A DNA stretch of 64,000 nucleotides from Deltaproteobacteria bacterium (GTDB taxonomy: Bacteria > Desulfobacterota_D > UBA1144 > Nemesobacterales > Nemesobacteraceae): NCBI GenBank assembly GCA_029262295.1, contig JAJCZR010000011.1:802-64801 (forward strand). Reading direction: 5' to 3'. A program made the position numbers and the translations under genes. This document shows positions 41,341-53,250 of this stretch, piece by piece. Position 1 is the first letter of the stretch; each line of letters starts with the position of its first letter. Below the pieces are notes generated by a model. The model was not told where the DNA came from, made no database searches, and was given only the letters and a program-made list of their open reading frames with translations.

Positions 41341-42099
41341 TTATTTTCCTACAAGGGCTTTAAAATACTCTCTTCTCATTCTTGCAATATTTGATATTGA
41401 TATTTCTTTTGGACACACAGCCTCACATTCTCCGTGATTTGAACAGCTTCCAAAACCTTCAGAATCCATCTGCTGAACCATACTAACAACCCTGCTCTGG
41501 CTTTCAGGTTTACCTTGGGGGAGAACTGCTAAATGTGATATTTTTGCGGATGTAAATAGTGATGCTGATGCATTAGGACAAGCGGCAACGCAAGCTCCAC
41601 AACCGATGCAAGCTGCAGAATCCATTGCCCGGTCAGCAACATCTTTTGGAATTAGTATCTCATTAGCATCAGGTGCACTTCCTGTATTAGCAGAAATATA
41701 GCCCCCCGCTTTTATAATATTATCAAATGAAGTCCTATCCACTACAAGGTCTTTAATAACGGGGAAACCTTTTGCCCTAAACGGTTCAATGTATATTTTA
41801 TCTCCGTTATTGAAATGCCTCATGTGAAGTTGGCAAACCGTTGTTGCCCTCTCAGGTCCATGTGCAACACCATCAATCACCATTCCACAGGTGCCGCATA
41901 TTCCTTCCCTGCAGTCACTATCAAAAGCAATTGGGTCTTCACCATCTTTTATGAGACTTTCATTTACAACATCAAGCATCTCTAAAAATGACATATCCGT
42001 AGATATATCGTCGGCTTTATACTCAACCATCTTGCCTTTGGAGCCTTGTCCATTCTGGCGCCATACATGTAAAGTTAAGTTCAGGTTATTTTCGGGCAT
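41341..42099 (-). CDS. sdhB: Succinate dehydrogenase Fe-S subunit
   Basis: [32 protein letters not shown]. Confidence 0.95.
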   Translation of the reverse strand: MPENNLNLTLHVWRQNGQGSKGKMVEYKADDISTDMSFLEMLDVVNESLIKDGEDPIAFDSDCREGICGTCGMVIDGVAHGPERATTVCQLHMRHFNNGDKIYIEPFRAKGFPVIKDLVVDRTSFDNIIKAGGYISANTGSAPDANEILIPKDVADRAMDSAACIGCGACVAACPNASASLFTSAKISHLAVLPQGKPESQSRVVSMVQQMDSEGFGSCSNHGECEAVCPKEISISNIARMRREYFKALVGK

Positions 42100-42110
42100 T
42101 ATTCACCTCA

Positions 42111-44021
42111 TTACTTGTAGCTTCTAGTTGTAGGAGTAACATTTTCAAAGTTTAAATCTTCTTTTTTAAAGTTTGGTTTGTCCTTTCCATTATACTCCCA
42201 GAGTGAAACATGGGTATAATTTTCATCATCTCTAAGAGCTTCACCCTCAGGGGTCTGATGATCTTCCCTAAAATGCCCTCCGCAAGACTCTTCTCTTTCA
42301 AGTGCATCACGCGCCATAACTTCTGCAAGCTCAAAAAAATCAGCAACTCTTCCTGCCATTTCCAAATATTTATTAAACATATTTTGATCGCCCGGGATCT
42401 TGAGGTTATTCCAAAACTCATCTCTCAACTTGGAAATTTCATCTATTGCCTTGTTAAGCCCTTCTTTGCTTCTGGACATTCCAACATATTCCCAAACAAG
42501 TCTTCCAAGTTCACGGTGAAATTCAGCAACTGTTTTATCACCCTTAATATCAAAAAGTCTATTGATTTTATTTGTTACTTCATTTTCAGACTGAGAAAAT
42601 TCGCTATTTTCAGTGCTGACTTCTTTTAGTTCAGCTCCTGCCAGATACTCTCCAATTGTATATGGAATAACAAAATAACCATCTGCAAGGCCTTGCATAA
42701 GTGCACTTGCACCAAGCCTGTTAGCACCATGGTCTGAGAAATTTGCTTCTCCAAGTACAAATAAGCCAGGAACATTACTCATAAGCCCATAATCAACCCA
42801 TAAACCACCCATGCAGTAGTGAACAGCAGGATATATTCTCATTGGGACATTATATGGGTTTTCACCAGTAATCCTTTCGTACATATCAAAGAGGTTTCCA
42901 TATCTATCTCTAATTACATCTTCACCCTGTCTTTCAATTGCAGTTTTAAAATCAAGGTAAACAGATAGGCCTGTTTCACCTACCCCCCTTCCTTCATCGC
43001 AAACTGCCTTTGCAGCCCTTGATGCAATATCCCTTGGGACGAGATTTCCAAAAGCGGGATATTTTCTTTCAAGATAGTAATCCCTGTCTTCATCCGGGAT
43101 TTCACTTGGAGGTCTTTTATCATCACCTGATTTTGGCACCCATGCCCTTCCATCGTTTCTTAAACCTTCACTCATAAGCGTGAGCTTTGACTGATAGTCT
43201 CCCGAAACTGGAATACACGTAGGATGTATTTGTGTGAAACATGGATTGGCAAAATACGCACCTTTTTTATAACATCTCCATGCTGCTGTTACATTTGAAT
43301 TTTGTCCATTTGTTGAAAGATAAAATACATTTCCGTATCCGCCTGTCGCAAGAATCACTGCATCTGCACTATAAGATTCAATTTCACCAGTTAATAGATT
43401 TCTGCAAACAATCCCTCTTGCTTTCCCATCAATTACAACAAGATCAAGCATTTCCCGATTGGCAAAAAGATCAACTTTCCCAGTATTAACCTGCCTCATT
43501 AGTGCACTGTAAGCACCTAGTAAAAGTTGTTGGCCAGTCTGGCCCCTTGCATAAAATGTTCTTGAAACCTGCACACCGCCAAATGACCTATTGGCTAAAA
43601 GTCCGCTATATTCCCTTGCAAATGGGACTCCCTGTGCAGTGCACTGGTCTATTATATTTGCACTTATTTCCGAAAGCCTGTGAACATTTGCTTCTCTTGA
43701 TCTATAATCTCCACCTTTAATAGTGTCATAAAAAAGGCGCCAAATACTATCACCATCATTTTGATAGTTTTTTGCAGCATTTATGCCACCCTGGGCAGCA
43801 ACGCTATGTGCCCTTCTTGGGGAATCCTGAATACAAAAGGTTTTAATGTTATATCCAAGTTCTGCAAGAGATGCTGAAGCTGAAGCGCCCGCAAGGCCAG
43901 TTCCAACCACAATTACATTGTATTTTCTCTTATTTGCCGGGCTAACCAGTTTTACATTGGATTTATATTTAGTCCATTTTTCGTCAAGGGAACCACTTGG
44001 AATGTTAGCATCAATCGCCAT
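42111..44021 (-). CDS. sdhA: Succinate dehydrogenase flavoprotein subunit
   Basis: GTGLAG, covalent-FAD motif [25 protein letters not shown]. Confidence 0.95.
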   Translation of the reverse strand: MAIDANIPSGSLDEKWTKYKSNVKLVSPANKRKYNVIVVGTGLAGASASASLAELGYNIKTFCIQDSPRRAHSVAAQGGINAAKNYQNDGDSIWRLFYDTIKGGDYRSREANVHRLSEISANIIDQCTAQGVPFAREYSGLLANRSFGGVQVSRTFYARGQTGQQLLLGAYSALMRQVNTGKVDLFANREMLDLVVIDGKARGIVCRNLLTGEIESYSADAVILATGGYGNVFYLSTNGQNSNVTAAWRCYKKGAYFANPCFTQIHPTCIPVSGDYQSKLTLMSEGLRNDGRAWVPKSGDDKRPPSEIPDEDRDYYLERKYPAFGNLVPRDIASRAAKAVCDEGRGVGETGLSVYLDFKTAIERQGEDVIRDRYGNLFDMYERITGENPYNVPMRIYPAVHYCMGGLWVDYGLMSNVPGLFVLGEANFSDHGANRLGASALMQGLADGYFVIPYTIGEYLAGAELKEVSTENSEFSQSENEVTNKINRLFDIKGDKTVAEFHRELGRLVWEYVGMSRSKEGLNKAIDEISKLRDEFWNNLKIPGDQNMFNKYLEMAGRVADFFELAEVMARDALEREESCGGHFREDHQTPEGEALRDDENYTHVSLWEYNGKDKPNFKKEDLNFENVTPTTRSYK

Positions 44022-44024
44022 CAA

Positions 44025-44723
44025 TCAGACTCCTCCACCGGTATTAATAAAAATCCATATTGGTATTAATAAAAATCCTGCTGCAAGAACAATAGCAAGA
44101 ATATATCCGGTAGTGTTAATTACAGGAGTATATTTTGGATGGTTTGCACCAAGAGACTGAAAAGCACTCCAAAAACCATGCCTTAGATGAAAACCAAGAA
44201 GTACCATAACAATCACGTAGACAGAAACATTAAATGGATTGGCAAAATACTCATAAACAAGCTTGTGAAGATCTCTTGCAGTTTCTCCCTTTAGAACTGT
44301 TGTATAACCTTGATCAATACCAGGGCCAAACTTAAGTGAAATAACGTGCCATATTATAAATGCCATTAAAATTATCCCGGTGTAGATCATGGAAACAGAT
44401 GAAATTGATTTCCTGCTTGCACCGCCTGCATTTCCCTTCATGTGATAGCCATATGCCCTGGCCTTTCTTTTAGACATATAAACGGATATTGCACTAACAA
44501 TATGAAATATGAAAACTGCGAGGAGACCTATTTCTGCTGCATAGAGCAGAAAACCAAGGTCATGAAGTTTTTTGGCATAGCTGTTAAAAAGATCTGGGTT
44601 AGAACTAAAGAGTGTAAGATTGCCTCCGAGATGAACTATTACAAAAAAAACTAACCCTAAACCGGTAAGACCATTAATTAATTTTTTTCCGACAGAACTT
44701 AATCCCTTGGATTTTGCAGACAA
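44025..44723 (-). CDS. sdhC: Succinate dehydrogenase cytochrome b558 subunit (single ~5-TM anchor)
   Basis: TM helices with heme histidines (VHLGGN, IFHI, IWHV, FHLRHG); TTG start with GGAG SD. Confidence 0.9.
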   Translation of the reverse strand: MSAKSKGLSSVGKKLINGLTGLGLVFFVIVHLGGNLTLFSSNPDLFNSYAKKLHDLGFLLYAAEIGLLAVFIFHIVSAISVYMSKRKARAYGYHMKGNAGGASRKSISSVSMIYTGIILMAFIIWHVISLKFGPGIDQGYTTVLKGETARDLHKLVYEYFANPFNVSVYVIVMVLLGFHLRHGFWSAFQSLGANHPKYTPVINTTGYILAIVLAAGFLLIPIWIFINTGGGV

Positions 44724-44739
44724 TTTATATCTCCAGTAA

Positions 44740-45681
44740 TTAAACTATTCCCATTCCGTCAATCAGATCGCAAAGCTCTTTTACCTGACCAGCTGATATG
44801 TGAAGTTCTTCTTTTTCTTTATCGGTAAGCTCAATTTTTATTATTTCTTCCACGCCATTAGTTCCAAGTTTTACAGGCAGGCCAACAAAAGTGTTTTCTA
44901 TCCCAAATTCTCCATCAGCTAAAACACAACATGGAAGAATTTTCCTCTTGTCCCTCAGAATAGATTCAGCCATTTCCACAGCAGACACTCCTGGTGCATA
45001 AAATGCACTTCCGGTTTTAAGAAGGCCGACGATTTCAGCCCCACCCTTTCTTGTCCTATCTATAAGTGATTCGATTCTGTCTTGAGAAATTAAATCAGGT
45101 ATTGGTATCCCCGCCACTGTCGTATATCTTGCAAGAGGCACCATGCTATCACCGTGACCACCAAGCACAAAGGCATGGATATTTTCAACTGATACATCAA
45201 GCTCCATAGAGATAAAAGTCCGAAACCTTGCTGAATCAAGCACCCCGGCCATTCCCATCACTCTTTCCCTTGGGAAGCCACTTACTTTATGTGCAACATA
45301 AACCATTGCATCAAGGGGATTTGTAACAAGTATCAAAATTGCATTAGGTGAGTGCTTAGCCACCTGCTCTGTTACTTCTTTTACAATCTTAGTATTTGTG
45401 GAGATTAGGTCGTCCCTGCTCATACCAGGTTTTCTGGGAATTCCTGAAGTTATGATAACAACATCCGAGTTAGCTGTGTCATCGTAAGAGTTAGTCCCTG
45501 TAAACCTGACATCTTTTCCTGATACAGGGCACATCTGGTTTAGATCAAGGGCTTTTCCCTGGGGCATACCCTCAACAATATCAACTAGCACAACGTCCCC
45601 AAGCTCAAGCTCAGCAGCCCTGAAAGCAGCTGAAGCACCTACATTTCCCGCACCTATCACTGAAATTTTTGGTCTACTCAT
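44740..45681 (-). CDS. mdh: Malate dehydrogenase (LDH-like)
   Basis: [23 protein letters not shown]. Confidence 0.95.
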   Translation of the reverse strand: MSRPKISVIGAGNVGASAAFRAAELELGDVVLVDIVEGMPQGKALDLNQMCPVSGKDVRFTGTNSYDDTANSDVVIITSGIPRKPGMSRDDLISTNTKIVKEVTEQVAKHSPNAILILVTNPLDAMVYVAHKVSGFPRERVMGMAGVLDSARFRTFISMELDVSVENIHAFVLGGHGDSMVPLARYTTVAGIPIPDLISQDRIESLIDRTRKGGAEIVGLLKTGSAFYAPGVSAVEMAESILRDKRKILPCCVLADGEFGIENTFVGLPVKLGTNGVEEIIKIELTDKEKEELHISAGQVKELCDLIDGMGIV

Positions 45682-45733
45682 ATTTTTTCACCTATTCTTT
45701 TTTGAAATTAAAAAATTGGAATAAAAATCAAAC

Positions 45734-46981
45734 CTAACGGTTTAAAACCTTATCCATATTATTTGCAATTGCCTTTCCATATTCAGAACATTTTAGAAGA
45801 GTTGCCCCTTCCATCTGCCTTTCGAGATCATAAGTAACTGTTTTTTCCAAAACTGTTTCTTCCATTGCCCTGAATACAAGATCTGCTGCTTCATGCCACC
45901 CTAAATACTGAAACATCATCAAACCTGAAAGTATTACTGAGCCAGGGTTAACCTTGTCCTGACCTGCATACTTTGGAGCAGTTCCATGCGTTGCTTCAAA
46001 AACGGCTAAATAATCTCCAATATTGCCACCTGGGGCCACACCTAAACCACCTACTTGCGCAGCGCAGGCATCAGACATATAATCACCATTAAGATTAGGC
46101 ATAGCTAATACATCATACTCATTTGCCCTTGTTAATACTTGCTGAAACATGTTATCTGCAATTCTGTCTTTGATTAGGATTTTCCCATCAGGTTGCTTTC
46201 CACCAAAATCATCCCAGAGTTCATCTTCTGTGATTGTGATATCAGAGAACTCTTCTTTTGCAATTTCATATGCCCATTCTCTGAAAGCTCCTTCAGTAAA
46301 CTTCATAATATTACCTTTATGTACAATTGTTACGCTTTTTCTTTTATATTCAATTGCATACTCAATAGCTTTTTTTACAAGCCTTTTTGTTCCAAATGGA
46401 CTTATAGGCTTAATCCCAATACCGGATTTTTCTCTAATATTTACTCCATAATTATTTACGAGGAAATCAATTATTTCGTTTGCTTCTTTTGAGTCACTTT
46501 CCCATTCTATACCTGAATACACATCCTCAATATTCTCTCTGAATATAACAACATCCAGTTTAGAAGGGTTTAATATTGGGCTAGGAATTCCTTTAATCCA
46601 TCTTACAGGCCTTACACATGCATAAAGATCAAGAATTTGCCTAAGGGCAACATTGAGGCTCCTTATACCTCCACCAACTGGTGTAGTTAAAGGTCCTTTA
46701 ATTGCAACAACATATTCCCTTATATCTTCAATTGTTTTGTCAGGAAGCCATTCTCCTGTTTGTTCCTTGGCCTTTTCCCCTGCTAAAACTTCATGCCAGA
46801 CAATTTTTTTCTTACCATCATAAGCTTTTTCAACTGCTGCATCAAAAACCAGCTGTGAGGCATGCCAAATATCGGGGCCTGTACCATCACCTTCTATAAA
46901 CGGGATAATTGGATTATCTGGAACTATAAGCTTTTTGGCCGATTCATCAATCTGTATTTTTTCTCCACCTGAAATAGACAT
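45734..46981 (-). CDS. icd: Isocitrate dehydrogenase, homodimeric type
   Basis: [38 protein letters not shown]. Confidence 0.96.
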   Translation of the reverse strand: MSISGGEKIQIDESAKKLIVPDNPIIPFIEGDGTGPDIWHASQLVFDAAVEKAYDGKKKIVWHEVLAGEKAKEQTGEWLPDKTIEDIREYVVAIKGPLTTPVGGGIRSLNVALRQILDLYACVRPVRWIKGIPSPILNPSKLDVVIFRENIEDVYSGIEWESDSKEANEIIDFLVNNYGVNIREKSGIGIKPISPFGTKRLVKKAIEYAIEYKRKSVTIVHKGNIMKFTEGAFREWAYEIAKEEFSDITITEDELWDDFGGKQPDGKILIKDRIADNMFQQVLTRANEYDVLAMPNLNGDYMSDACAAQVGGLGVAPGGNIGDYLAVFEATHGTAPKYAGQDKVNPGSVILSGLMMFQYLGWHEAADLVFRAMEETVLEKTVTYDLERQMEGATLLKCSEYGKAIANNMDKVLNR

Positions 46982-47249
46982 TATGCACTTCTCCTCACTT
47001 TATTTAGTTTCAATTTTTAGGTCTGAAAATATAATCTAAAAAGGTATATATTTCAAATTGGTAAAGTTAAATAAATTAGAAGTAAAGTTTAACTACTACC
47101 TGTTAAAGATGCAAAATGGGCCATACAAACGAATTTTTAGTAAATTTTCCAGTTTTTTTTCACTAAAAACAGATACAAATATAAATAAAACCCATAATAA
47201 ACACATTATTTGATATACTTTTAAGATATTTTATTTCTGGAGGGTAAGA

Positions 47250-47927
47250 ATGAAAAAAGCAATAAATATGAGTTTGGTTTTATTAATTTTTTTATCTATT
47301 TCATGTGCAGGGCTTGGAGTTGGTAATCAGGCTAAGTCTGAGTTTGATAAAGGCTTAAAACTTTTTAATCAATCAAAGTATTTAGAGGCAGCTCCATACT
47401 TTATTAAAGCCACCGAACTCGATACAGATTACTATCAAGCATACTTATATCTTGGAAGGTCATACATTAACTCTCAACAGTATATAAATGCACTTAACCC
47501 ACTTAGATCTGCCTACAGGGTTTCACCTAAAAAAGCACAGGGAGAAGTTGTTAATATCCTTACCGATGCACTATTCAGTGTAGGTCTTTCGTCTCTAAAA
47601 AAGGGTAACCTTACAGAATTCACAACTTATATTAATGAAATACTGGAGCTCAAAGGTAATACTAATGAGGCTAAAACTGATATTGCATCAGATTTGATTA
47701 AGTTTGGGAAACAAGAACTTTCAAATGGCAATGTTTCCACTTCAATTGACACATTCAAATCAGTATTAAATCTGACTCCTGCAAACTTTGATGCGTATCT
47801 TGGGCTTGCAAACGCATATTTTAAAGACGGCAAGATATTCAAAGCCTTATCAAATGTAAACAACGCTCTTCAAATCAGCCCAAATAATGAGGATGCTTTA
47901 TCAATTTATAATAGCCTTAAAAGATAG
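47250..47927 (+). CDS. TPR-repeat lipoprotein
   Basis: Signal peptide ending LSISC; multiple TPRs; GGAGG SD. Confidence 0.85.
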   Translation: MKKAINMSLVLLIFLSISCAGLGVGNQAKSEFDKGLKLFNQSKYLEAAPYFIKATELDTDYYQAYLYLGRSYINSQQYINALNPLRSAYRVSPKKAQGEVVNILTDALFSVGLSSLKKGNLTEFTTYINEILELKGNTNEAKTDIASDLIKFGKQELSNGNVSTSIDTFKSVLNLTPANFDAYLGLANAYFKDGKIFKALSNVNNALQISPNNEDALSIYNSLKR

Positions 47928-47946
47928 ATATTAACTATATAAATTA

Positions 47947-47974
47947 TTGATATAAAGGCCCATTATTGTATAAT
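47947..47974 (+). promoter_or_regulatory. Sigma70-like promoter of the small ORF at 48008
   Basis: TTGATA (47947-47952), N16, TATAAT (47969-47974). Confidence 0.6.
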
Positions 47975-48007
47975 CTCACTAATTCTATTTTAGTTTGGAG
48001 GTAATAA

Positions 48008-48151
48008 ATGAAAAGATTCAACAAGATGTTTATTAAACCAGTAATTCTTTTATCATTTGCTACATTTGTTTTCAGCTTTGGAATAGTAAGGTGTGCTGGA
48101 GAGGTTGATGCACAAGCTCAAACAACTCCGCAGGTTGAAGTTGAAAAATAA
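48008..48151 (+). CDS. Unannotated 47-aa small membrane/exported protein (possible lipoprotein)
   Basis: GGAGGT SD 5 nt before ATG; sequence MKRFNKMFIKPVILLSFATFVFSFGIVRCAGEVDAQAQTTPQVEVEK; below the ORF-track size cut-off. Confidence 0.75.
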   Translation: MKRFNKMFIKPVILLSFATFVFSFGIVRCAGEVDAQAQTTPQVEVEK

Positions 48152-48203
48152 GAAAGTTTTGACTTTAAGTCATTTCTTTTTGTACTTTGAAATTATATAA
48201 ATT

Positions 48204-48229
48204 AAAGGCAGCTAAAAGCTGCCTTTTTT
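48204..48229 (+). terminator. Rho-independent terminator, probably bidirectional
   Basis: AAAGGCAGCT-AAA-AGCTGCCTTT followed by TTT, between convergent genes. Confidence 0.85.
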
Positions 48230-48265
48230 ATAATAAGTATTAATAGTTTAAGGCCAAGAACCAGA

Positions 48266-48934
48266 TTAATTCTGGTTTAAAAAGTTTGCTAGTTTATCAA
48301 CAACATCAGACACGCCTTCACGGGCAAGTTCTTGTGCAGTAACCCACTTGCCACCTCTTTCAATAAACTTATCAAGATCATAGATATTGCCGAGTAAAGG
48401 TTGCTGAGTCTCAGAATACGTATCTCTCCAGATTACAACACCTGATTTTGTATCCAAAACTTCAACAGTAAATGAAACAGATGCCGGAGACTCAACTCCA
48501 AGCTCTGAACCTTCCCTTTTTATGAATCGCGAAATATTTCCTGTAATAACAGCATCGGTATTAAATTTCTCGGCAATCTTTAAGGCAACCTGATTATATG
48601 GCAGCTCAGGTTTGGTATTAACTATGTTTTCATATTCTTTTGCTGCTGAATCAAGCAATATAAAATCCACACCATTTACCTTTGGAACAAGGTCATTATA
48701 AAAAGCCATAGTCAATATTTTTTCTTTGGTTAAAATGGCGGGTCTTAACTCACCCTCTAGGTTGTCAGATTTTGAAGAGAAAGGAATAACAACCAAATTA
48801 TTTATCTCTACCTTTGCTTTAGTAGCAAAATTTTCATTAGGTGTATTTACATCTTCTTTGTTTCCCCAAAGTGGCACAGCACATGAAGAAACAATGAAAA
48901 CAAATAAGATTAAGCTTAATGAATATTTTTTCAT
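48266..48934 (-). CDS. Lipoprotein, CsgG/LpoB/DUF799-like alpha-beta fold (tentative)
   Basis: Lipobox IVSSC; LVVIPF ... DAVITGNI ... ASVSFTVEVLDTKSGVVIW. Confidence 0.65.
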   Translation of the reverse strand: MKKYSLSLILFVFIVSSCAVPLWGNKEDVNTPNENFATKAKVEINNLVVIPFSSKSDNLEGELRPAILTKEKILTMAFYNDLVPKVNGVDFILLDSAAKEYENIVNTKPELPYNQVALKIAEKFNTDAVITGNISRFIKREGSELGVESPASVSFTVEVLDTKSGVVIWRDTYSETQQPLLGNIYDLDKFIERGGKWVTAQELAREGVSDVVDKLANFLNQN

Positions 48935-49008
48935 AGATGATAATATACTTTAATCTACTGAGTTAGGAATCCTTTATCTTTGCTTATCAAAAACTTTATA
49001 GCTAAAAA

Positions 49009-50337
49009 TTAATCTTCAGTCCCTTCATTAGCAATTTCTTCAAGCTCATCAGGACTGAGTTTTCTAATTTCCATTCTAACTATTTTCTTTGGTTGGGCTT
49101 CCAAAACTTTATATTCATGTTTATCCACAACTATTTTTTCGCCAATTTCAGGAATATGGCCAAATTCTTCAGTCAGTACTCCCCCGATTGTATCTGCATT
49201 TTTGTTTGATACTTCAATTTGAAGCCTTTTTTTAATCTCATCCACAGTGCAAGATGCATCCACTTCAAAAATATCATCACCTTTTTTTATTATTAATGGA
49301 GTTTCACTATCAAACTCATCCTGAATAGGCCCTACCAGTTCTTCAAGCACATTCTCAAGTGTTATCATCCCGGAGACTGTTCCGTGTTCATCCACAAGAA
49401 TTGCAAGCACTGCATTATTTTTTTGAAATTCACGCAGTAAAACATCGAGCGCCGCAGTCTCAGGAATAAAAGTGGCATCTCTGGCTACATCAATCAAATG
49501 TGTGAGATTTTCATTTTTAGCCAAAGACTGAAAAATATCTTTTACATGAACTACGCCAATAATATTATCAAGGTCACCATCACAAAGTGGGAGGCGCGTA
49601 TGGTTTGATTCAGAAGCCTTTTTTAATTTTTCTTCCATAGAGTCATTTTTATCAAGGTAAATAATCTGGTTTCTTGGTATCATATAACGCCTTGCAATCT
49701 TATCTTCAAGATCAAGCACATTTTCCATGAGAAGACGCTCACGTAATGTGAGATGGCCAACAGATGCTGATTCTAAAAGGATTGCCCTCAGTTCATCTTC
49801 TGATAAAACTTCTCCATGTTCAGATTGCATCTGTATTCCAATTGCCCTTAGCATTACGTTGCTTATCCCATTTAAAGCCCAAATAAACGGCTTAAAAATC
49901 TTGTAAAAAATCACTATAGGCAGAGAAGTTGCCAGGGATGTTGATTTATATCTTTTTATAGCCAGTATCTTGGGAACTTGTTCACCCAGGGTTATATGAA
50001 GAAAAGTGATAAACATAAAAGCAACGGGGAAGGCAATATAGTGGACTTTATTTTCAGGCACATCAAAATATTCAAAAAGTGGTTCAAGGGACTTTGCAAC
50101 AAGCGGTTCACCTACCCAACCAAGACCAAGACTTGCAAGTGTTATTCCCAGCTGACATGCAGACAGATATGCATCAAGATTCAACATTATCCGTTCTAAA
50201 AGTTTCGGGGCCCGCCCTCCCCCTTCGGCAAGAATTTTTACTTCCTGAAGTCTGAGTTTAACAAATGCAAATTCAGCAGCAACAAATAATCCGTTTAATG
50301 CAACTAAAAGAAATACTAACAAAAAATTCCAGATCAT
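49009..50337 (-). CDS. TlyC/CorC-family CNNM-CBS-CorC membrane protein
   Basis: LNGLFVAAEFA, CQLGITLASLGLGW, LGEQVPK, CBS pair, VDEHG...TLENVLEELVG. Confidence 0.92.
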   Translation of the reverse strand: MIWNFLLVFLLVALNGLFVAAEFAFVKLRLQEVKILAEGGGRAPKLLERIMLNLDAYLSACQLGITLASLGLGWVGEPLVAKSLEPLFEYFDVPENKVHYIAFPVAFMFITFLHITLGEQVPKILAIKRYKSTSLATSLPIVIFYKIFKPFIWALNGISNVMLRAIGIQMQSEHGEVLSEDELRAILLESASVGHLTLRERLLMENVLDLEDKIARRYMIPRNQIIYLDKNDSMEEKLKKASESNHTRLPLCDGDLDNIIGVVHVKDIFQSLAKNENLTHLIDVARDATFIPETAALDVLLREFQKNNAVLAILVDEHGTVSGMITLENVLEELVGPIQDEFDSETPLIIKKGDDIFEVDASCTVDEIKKRLQIEVSNKNADTIGGVLTEEFGHIPEIGEKIVVDKHEYKVLEAQPKKIVRMEIRKLSPDELEEIANEGTED

Positions 50338-50394
50338 TTTTTATCCCTTATCCTTGCTTAAAATAAATTTCTATACAGTTGCAATTTGTTTTAC

Positions 50395-50422
50395 AAAAAA
50401 GGCAACTCAACTGAGTTGCCTT
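50395..50422 (-). terminator. Rho-independent terminator after acnA
   Basis: Minus strand AAGGCAACTC-AGTT-GAGTTGCC followed by TTTTTT. Confidence 0.85.
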
Positions 50423-50456
50423 ATATTATAGTTATGTCTTTTAAATATCACTAAAA

Positions 50457-53135
50457 TTACTTAGCTGTCATTTTTCTTAAAACAGTTTGAAGGATTCCAT
50501 TATTTTTATAGTAGTCAATTTCCACATTGGAATCTAACCTGCAAACAGCTTTAAATTCTTTTTCTCCATCAACTTTCACAGTAATCTCTTTTCCCGGAGT
50601 CAGCCCTTCTTCTACACCTGTAATATCATAAGTCTCAAAACCACTAAGCCCTAAAGACTCTGCACTATCTCCATCTTTAAACTGAAGTGGCAATACTCCC
50701 ATTCCCACAAGATTACTTCTGTGAATTCTTTCATAACTCTCAGCTATTACACATTTAACCCCAAGGAGAATTGTCCCTTTGGCGGCCCAGTCTCTTGAGC
50801 TACCAGTGCCATACTCTTTTCCACCAATTACAATCAACGGAATATCATCACTTTGGTATTTCATAGAAGCATCATAAATGCTCATCTGCTCATCAGATGG
50901 AATGTGAACTGTTACGCCACCTTCAGTGTCGGGAACAAGTTTGTTTTTTATTCTGATATTTGCAAATGTGCCCCTCATCATAACTTCATGATTACCTCTT
51001 CGGGATCCGAAACTGTTAAAATCTCTTTTTTCAACACCCCTTGAAATCAAATATTTCCCAGCCGGGCCATCCGCAGGAATATTACCTGCCGGAGAGATAT
51101 GATCTGTGGTTATCGAATCTCCAAGGAGAGCTAAAACTTTAGCACTTTTGATATCCTTTGGATCGGTGGGATTCACCGGAAGATTTTTGAAAAATGGCAA
51201 CTCTCTAATATAGGTTGAACTATCTTCCCAATCATACTGTTCACTCTTTGATGTTGGCATAGAGCTCCATAGTTCATCACCATCAAACACCTTTGAATAT
51301 TGTTCAGTAAACATTTCCTTTCTAAGTGCCTTTGAAACAGTGGATTTTACATCAGCTTGGGTAGGCCATATATCTTTTAAATAAACTTCTTTACCATCTT
51401 CATTTTTTCCAATTGGATCATTATAAACATCAATATCCACTGTGCCGGCAAGTGCAAAAGCTACAACCAACGGTGGTGAGGCAAGATACGAAAATTTAAT
51501 ATGTGGATGAATCCTTCCTTCAAAATTTCTGTTACCACTTAGAACAGAGGCACAAACCATATCGTTATTTTTTATTGCATTTTCAACAGGCTCTGGAAGT
51601 GGCCCACTATTACCTATACAAGTAGTGCAACCATATCCAACAAGGTTAAAACCTAATTTTTCAAGGTAAGGCGTAAGCCCGGCATTATCAAGATAGTCAG
51701 TAACCACTCTTGAACCAGGTGCAAGACTTGTTTTTACAGTTGGACTCACAGATAATCCATTTTCAACAGCATTTTTGGCCACAAGACCTGCTGCAACCAT
51801 AACGGAAGGATTTGATGTATTAGTACAACTCGTTATTGCCGCTATCACTACTGAACCATTTGTGATCTCTTCTTTATTCCCGTTAAGTTCAACTGGAACT
51901 ATAGTATCAAGACCATTGGAATCACCTTTACTTTCTTTAAAAGAACTTTGAAATGAACTCTGCATGTTTTTAAGTGAAATTCTATCCTGCGGACGTTTTG
52001 GACCAGCAAGTGCTGGTTCTACAGTTGATATGTCAAGTTCAAGGGTATCCGAGAAAATCGGATCTTCTGTATCATCTGTTCTAAATAGACCTTGTTCTTC
52101 TGTATAAGCTTTTACTAGATCAACTTGCTGCGGATCTCTACCGGTTTGTTCAAGGTAATTTAAAGTTTCGGAATCCACTGGAAAAAATCCCATTGTGGCG
52201 CCATACTCAGGGGCCATATTAGAGATTGTTGCCTTATCAGAAAGCGCAAGCTGGCTTAAACCAGGGCCATAAAACTCAACGAATTTACCAACTACACCTT
52301 TTTCACGGAGCATTTCTGTAACTCTTAATACCAGGTCAGTCGCTGTAACACCCTCTGCAAGTACACCATGAAGTTTAAAACCAACTACATCAGGGACCAG
52401 CATATAGATTGGCTGGCCAAGCATAGCTGCATCTGCCTCAATACCACCAACACCCCAACCCATTACACTTAATGCATTTATCATTGTTGTATGTGAATCA
52501 GTTCCAACGAGAGTGTCTGGAAATGCCAACTCCGCACCATTTGCATTTTTGGTTGCCACAACACTTGCCAGATATTCAAGGTTTACCTGGTGTACTATCC
52601 CGGTTCCCGGGGGGACTACCTGAAAATTATCAAATGAGTTTTGTGCCCATTTTAAAAACTTATATCTTTCCTGGTTTCTCTCATACTCTCTTTCAACATT
52701 TTTTCTAAATGCATCTTCAGTTGCAAAATAATCAACCTGTACAGAGTGGTCTATTACAAGATCCACAGGGACAACCGGGTTTATCATGTCTGGATCGCCG
52801 CCCAGGCCTTCAACCGATGATCTCATTGATGCAAGATCAACAACACATGGGACACCTGTGAAATCCTGAAGTATTACCCTTGCCGGACAGTAAGGAACCT
52901 CTTTATCTTTTGGGCTGTCTGGGGACCAACTTGCAAGAAGTTTAAGATGATTTTCGTTTATTGAATCACCATCAAAATTTCGAAGCACATTTTCAAGTAG
53001 TATTTTTATTGAGAAAGGAAGTTTTGCTGCTGAAAAACCGAGCTCAGATTCAAGCTTTTTAAGGGAATAAAATTTATATTCCTTATTTTTAACTTTCAAA
53101 GTGTTCATCATATCTTGCATGTTATTTGCCGACAT
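50457..53135 (-). CDS. acnA: Aconitate hydratase A
   Basis: [42 protein letters not shown]. Confidence 0.97.
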   Translation of the reverse strand: MSANNMQDMMNTLKVKNKEYKFYSLKKLESELGFSAAKLPFSIKILLENVLRNFDGDSINENHLKLLASWSPDSPKDKEVPYCPARVILQDFTGVPCVVDLASMRSSVEGLGGDPDMINPVVPVDLVIDHSVQVDYFATEDAFRKNVEREYERNQERYKFLKWAQNSFDNFQVVPPGTGIVHQVNLEYLASVVATKNANGAELAFPDTLVGTDSHTTMINALSVMGWGVGGIEADAAMLGQPIYMLVPDVVGFKLHGVLAEGVTATDLVLRVTEMLREKGVVGKFVEFYGPGLSQLALSDKATISNMAPEYGATMGFFPVDSETLNYLEQTGRDPQQVDLVKAYTEEQGLFRTDDTEDPIFSDTLELDISTVEPALAGPKRPQDRISLKNMQSSFQSSFKESKGDSNGLDTIVPVELNGNKEEITNGSVVIAAITSCTNTSNPSVMVAAGLVAKNAVENGLSVSPTVKTSLAPGSRVVTDYLDNAGLTPYLEKLGFNLVGYGCTTCIGNSGPLPEPVENAIKNNDMVCASVLSGNRNFEGRIHPHIKFSYLASPPLVVAFALAGTVDIDVYNDPIGKNEDGKEVYLKDIWPTQADVKSTVSKALRKEMFTEQYSKVFDGDELWSSMPTSKSEQYDWEDSSTYIRELPFFKNLPVNPTDPKDIKSAKVLALLGDSITTDHISPAGNIPADGPAGKYLISRGVEKRDFNSFGSRRGNHEVMMRGTFANIRIKNKLVPDTEGGVTVHIPSDEQMSIYDASMKYQSDDIPLIVIGGKEYGTGSSRDWAAKGTILLGVKCVIAESYERIHRSNLVGMGVLPLQFKDGDSAESLGLSGFETYDITGVEEGLTPGKEITVKVDGEKEFKAVCRLDSNVEIDYYKNNGILQTVLRKMTAK

Positions 53136-53250
53136 TTGTAACCTCTCAATAGATTTTATTTTGTGGTAAACAGAAAATTATTTTACCGTAGTATATAAAT
53201 AAAGAAATTCAGGCTGGTTTTTAAATATTAATACCGTTATCCAAAAACAG

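Noticed and set aside
44019-44027. sdhC TGA is in frame with TTG-ATG of sdhA (possible readthrough fusion)
   Set aside because: sdhA has its own strong GGAGGAG SD inside the sdhC 3' end; this is ordinary translational coupling.
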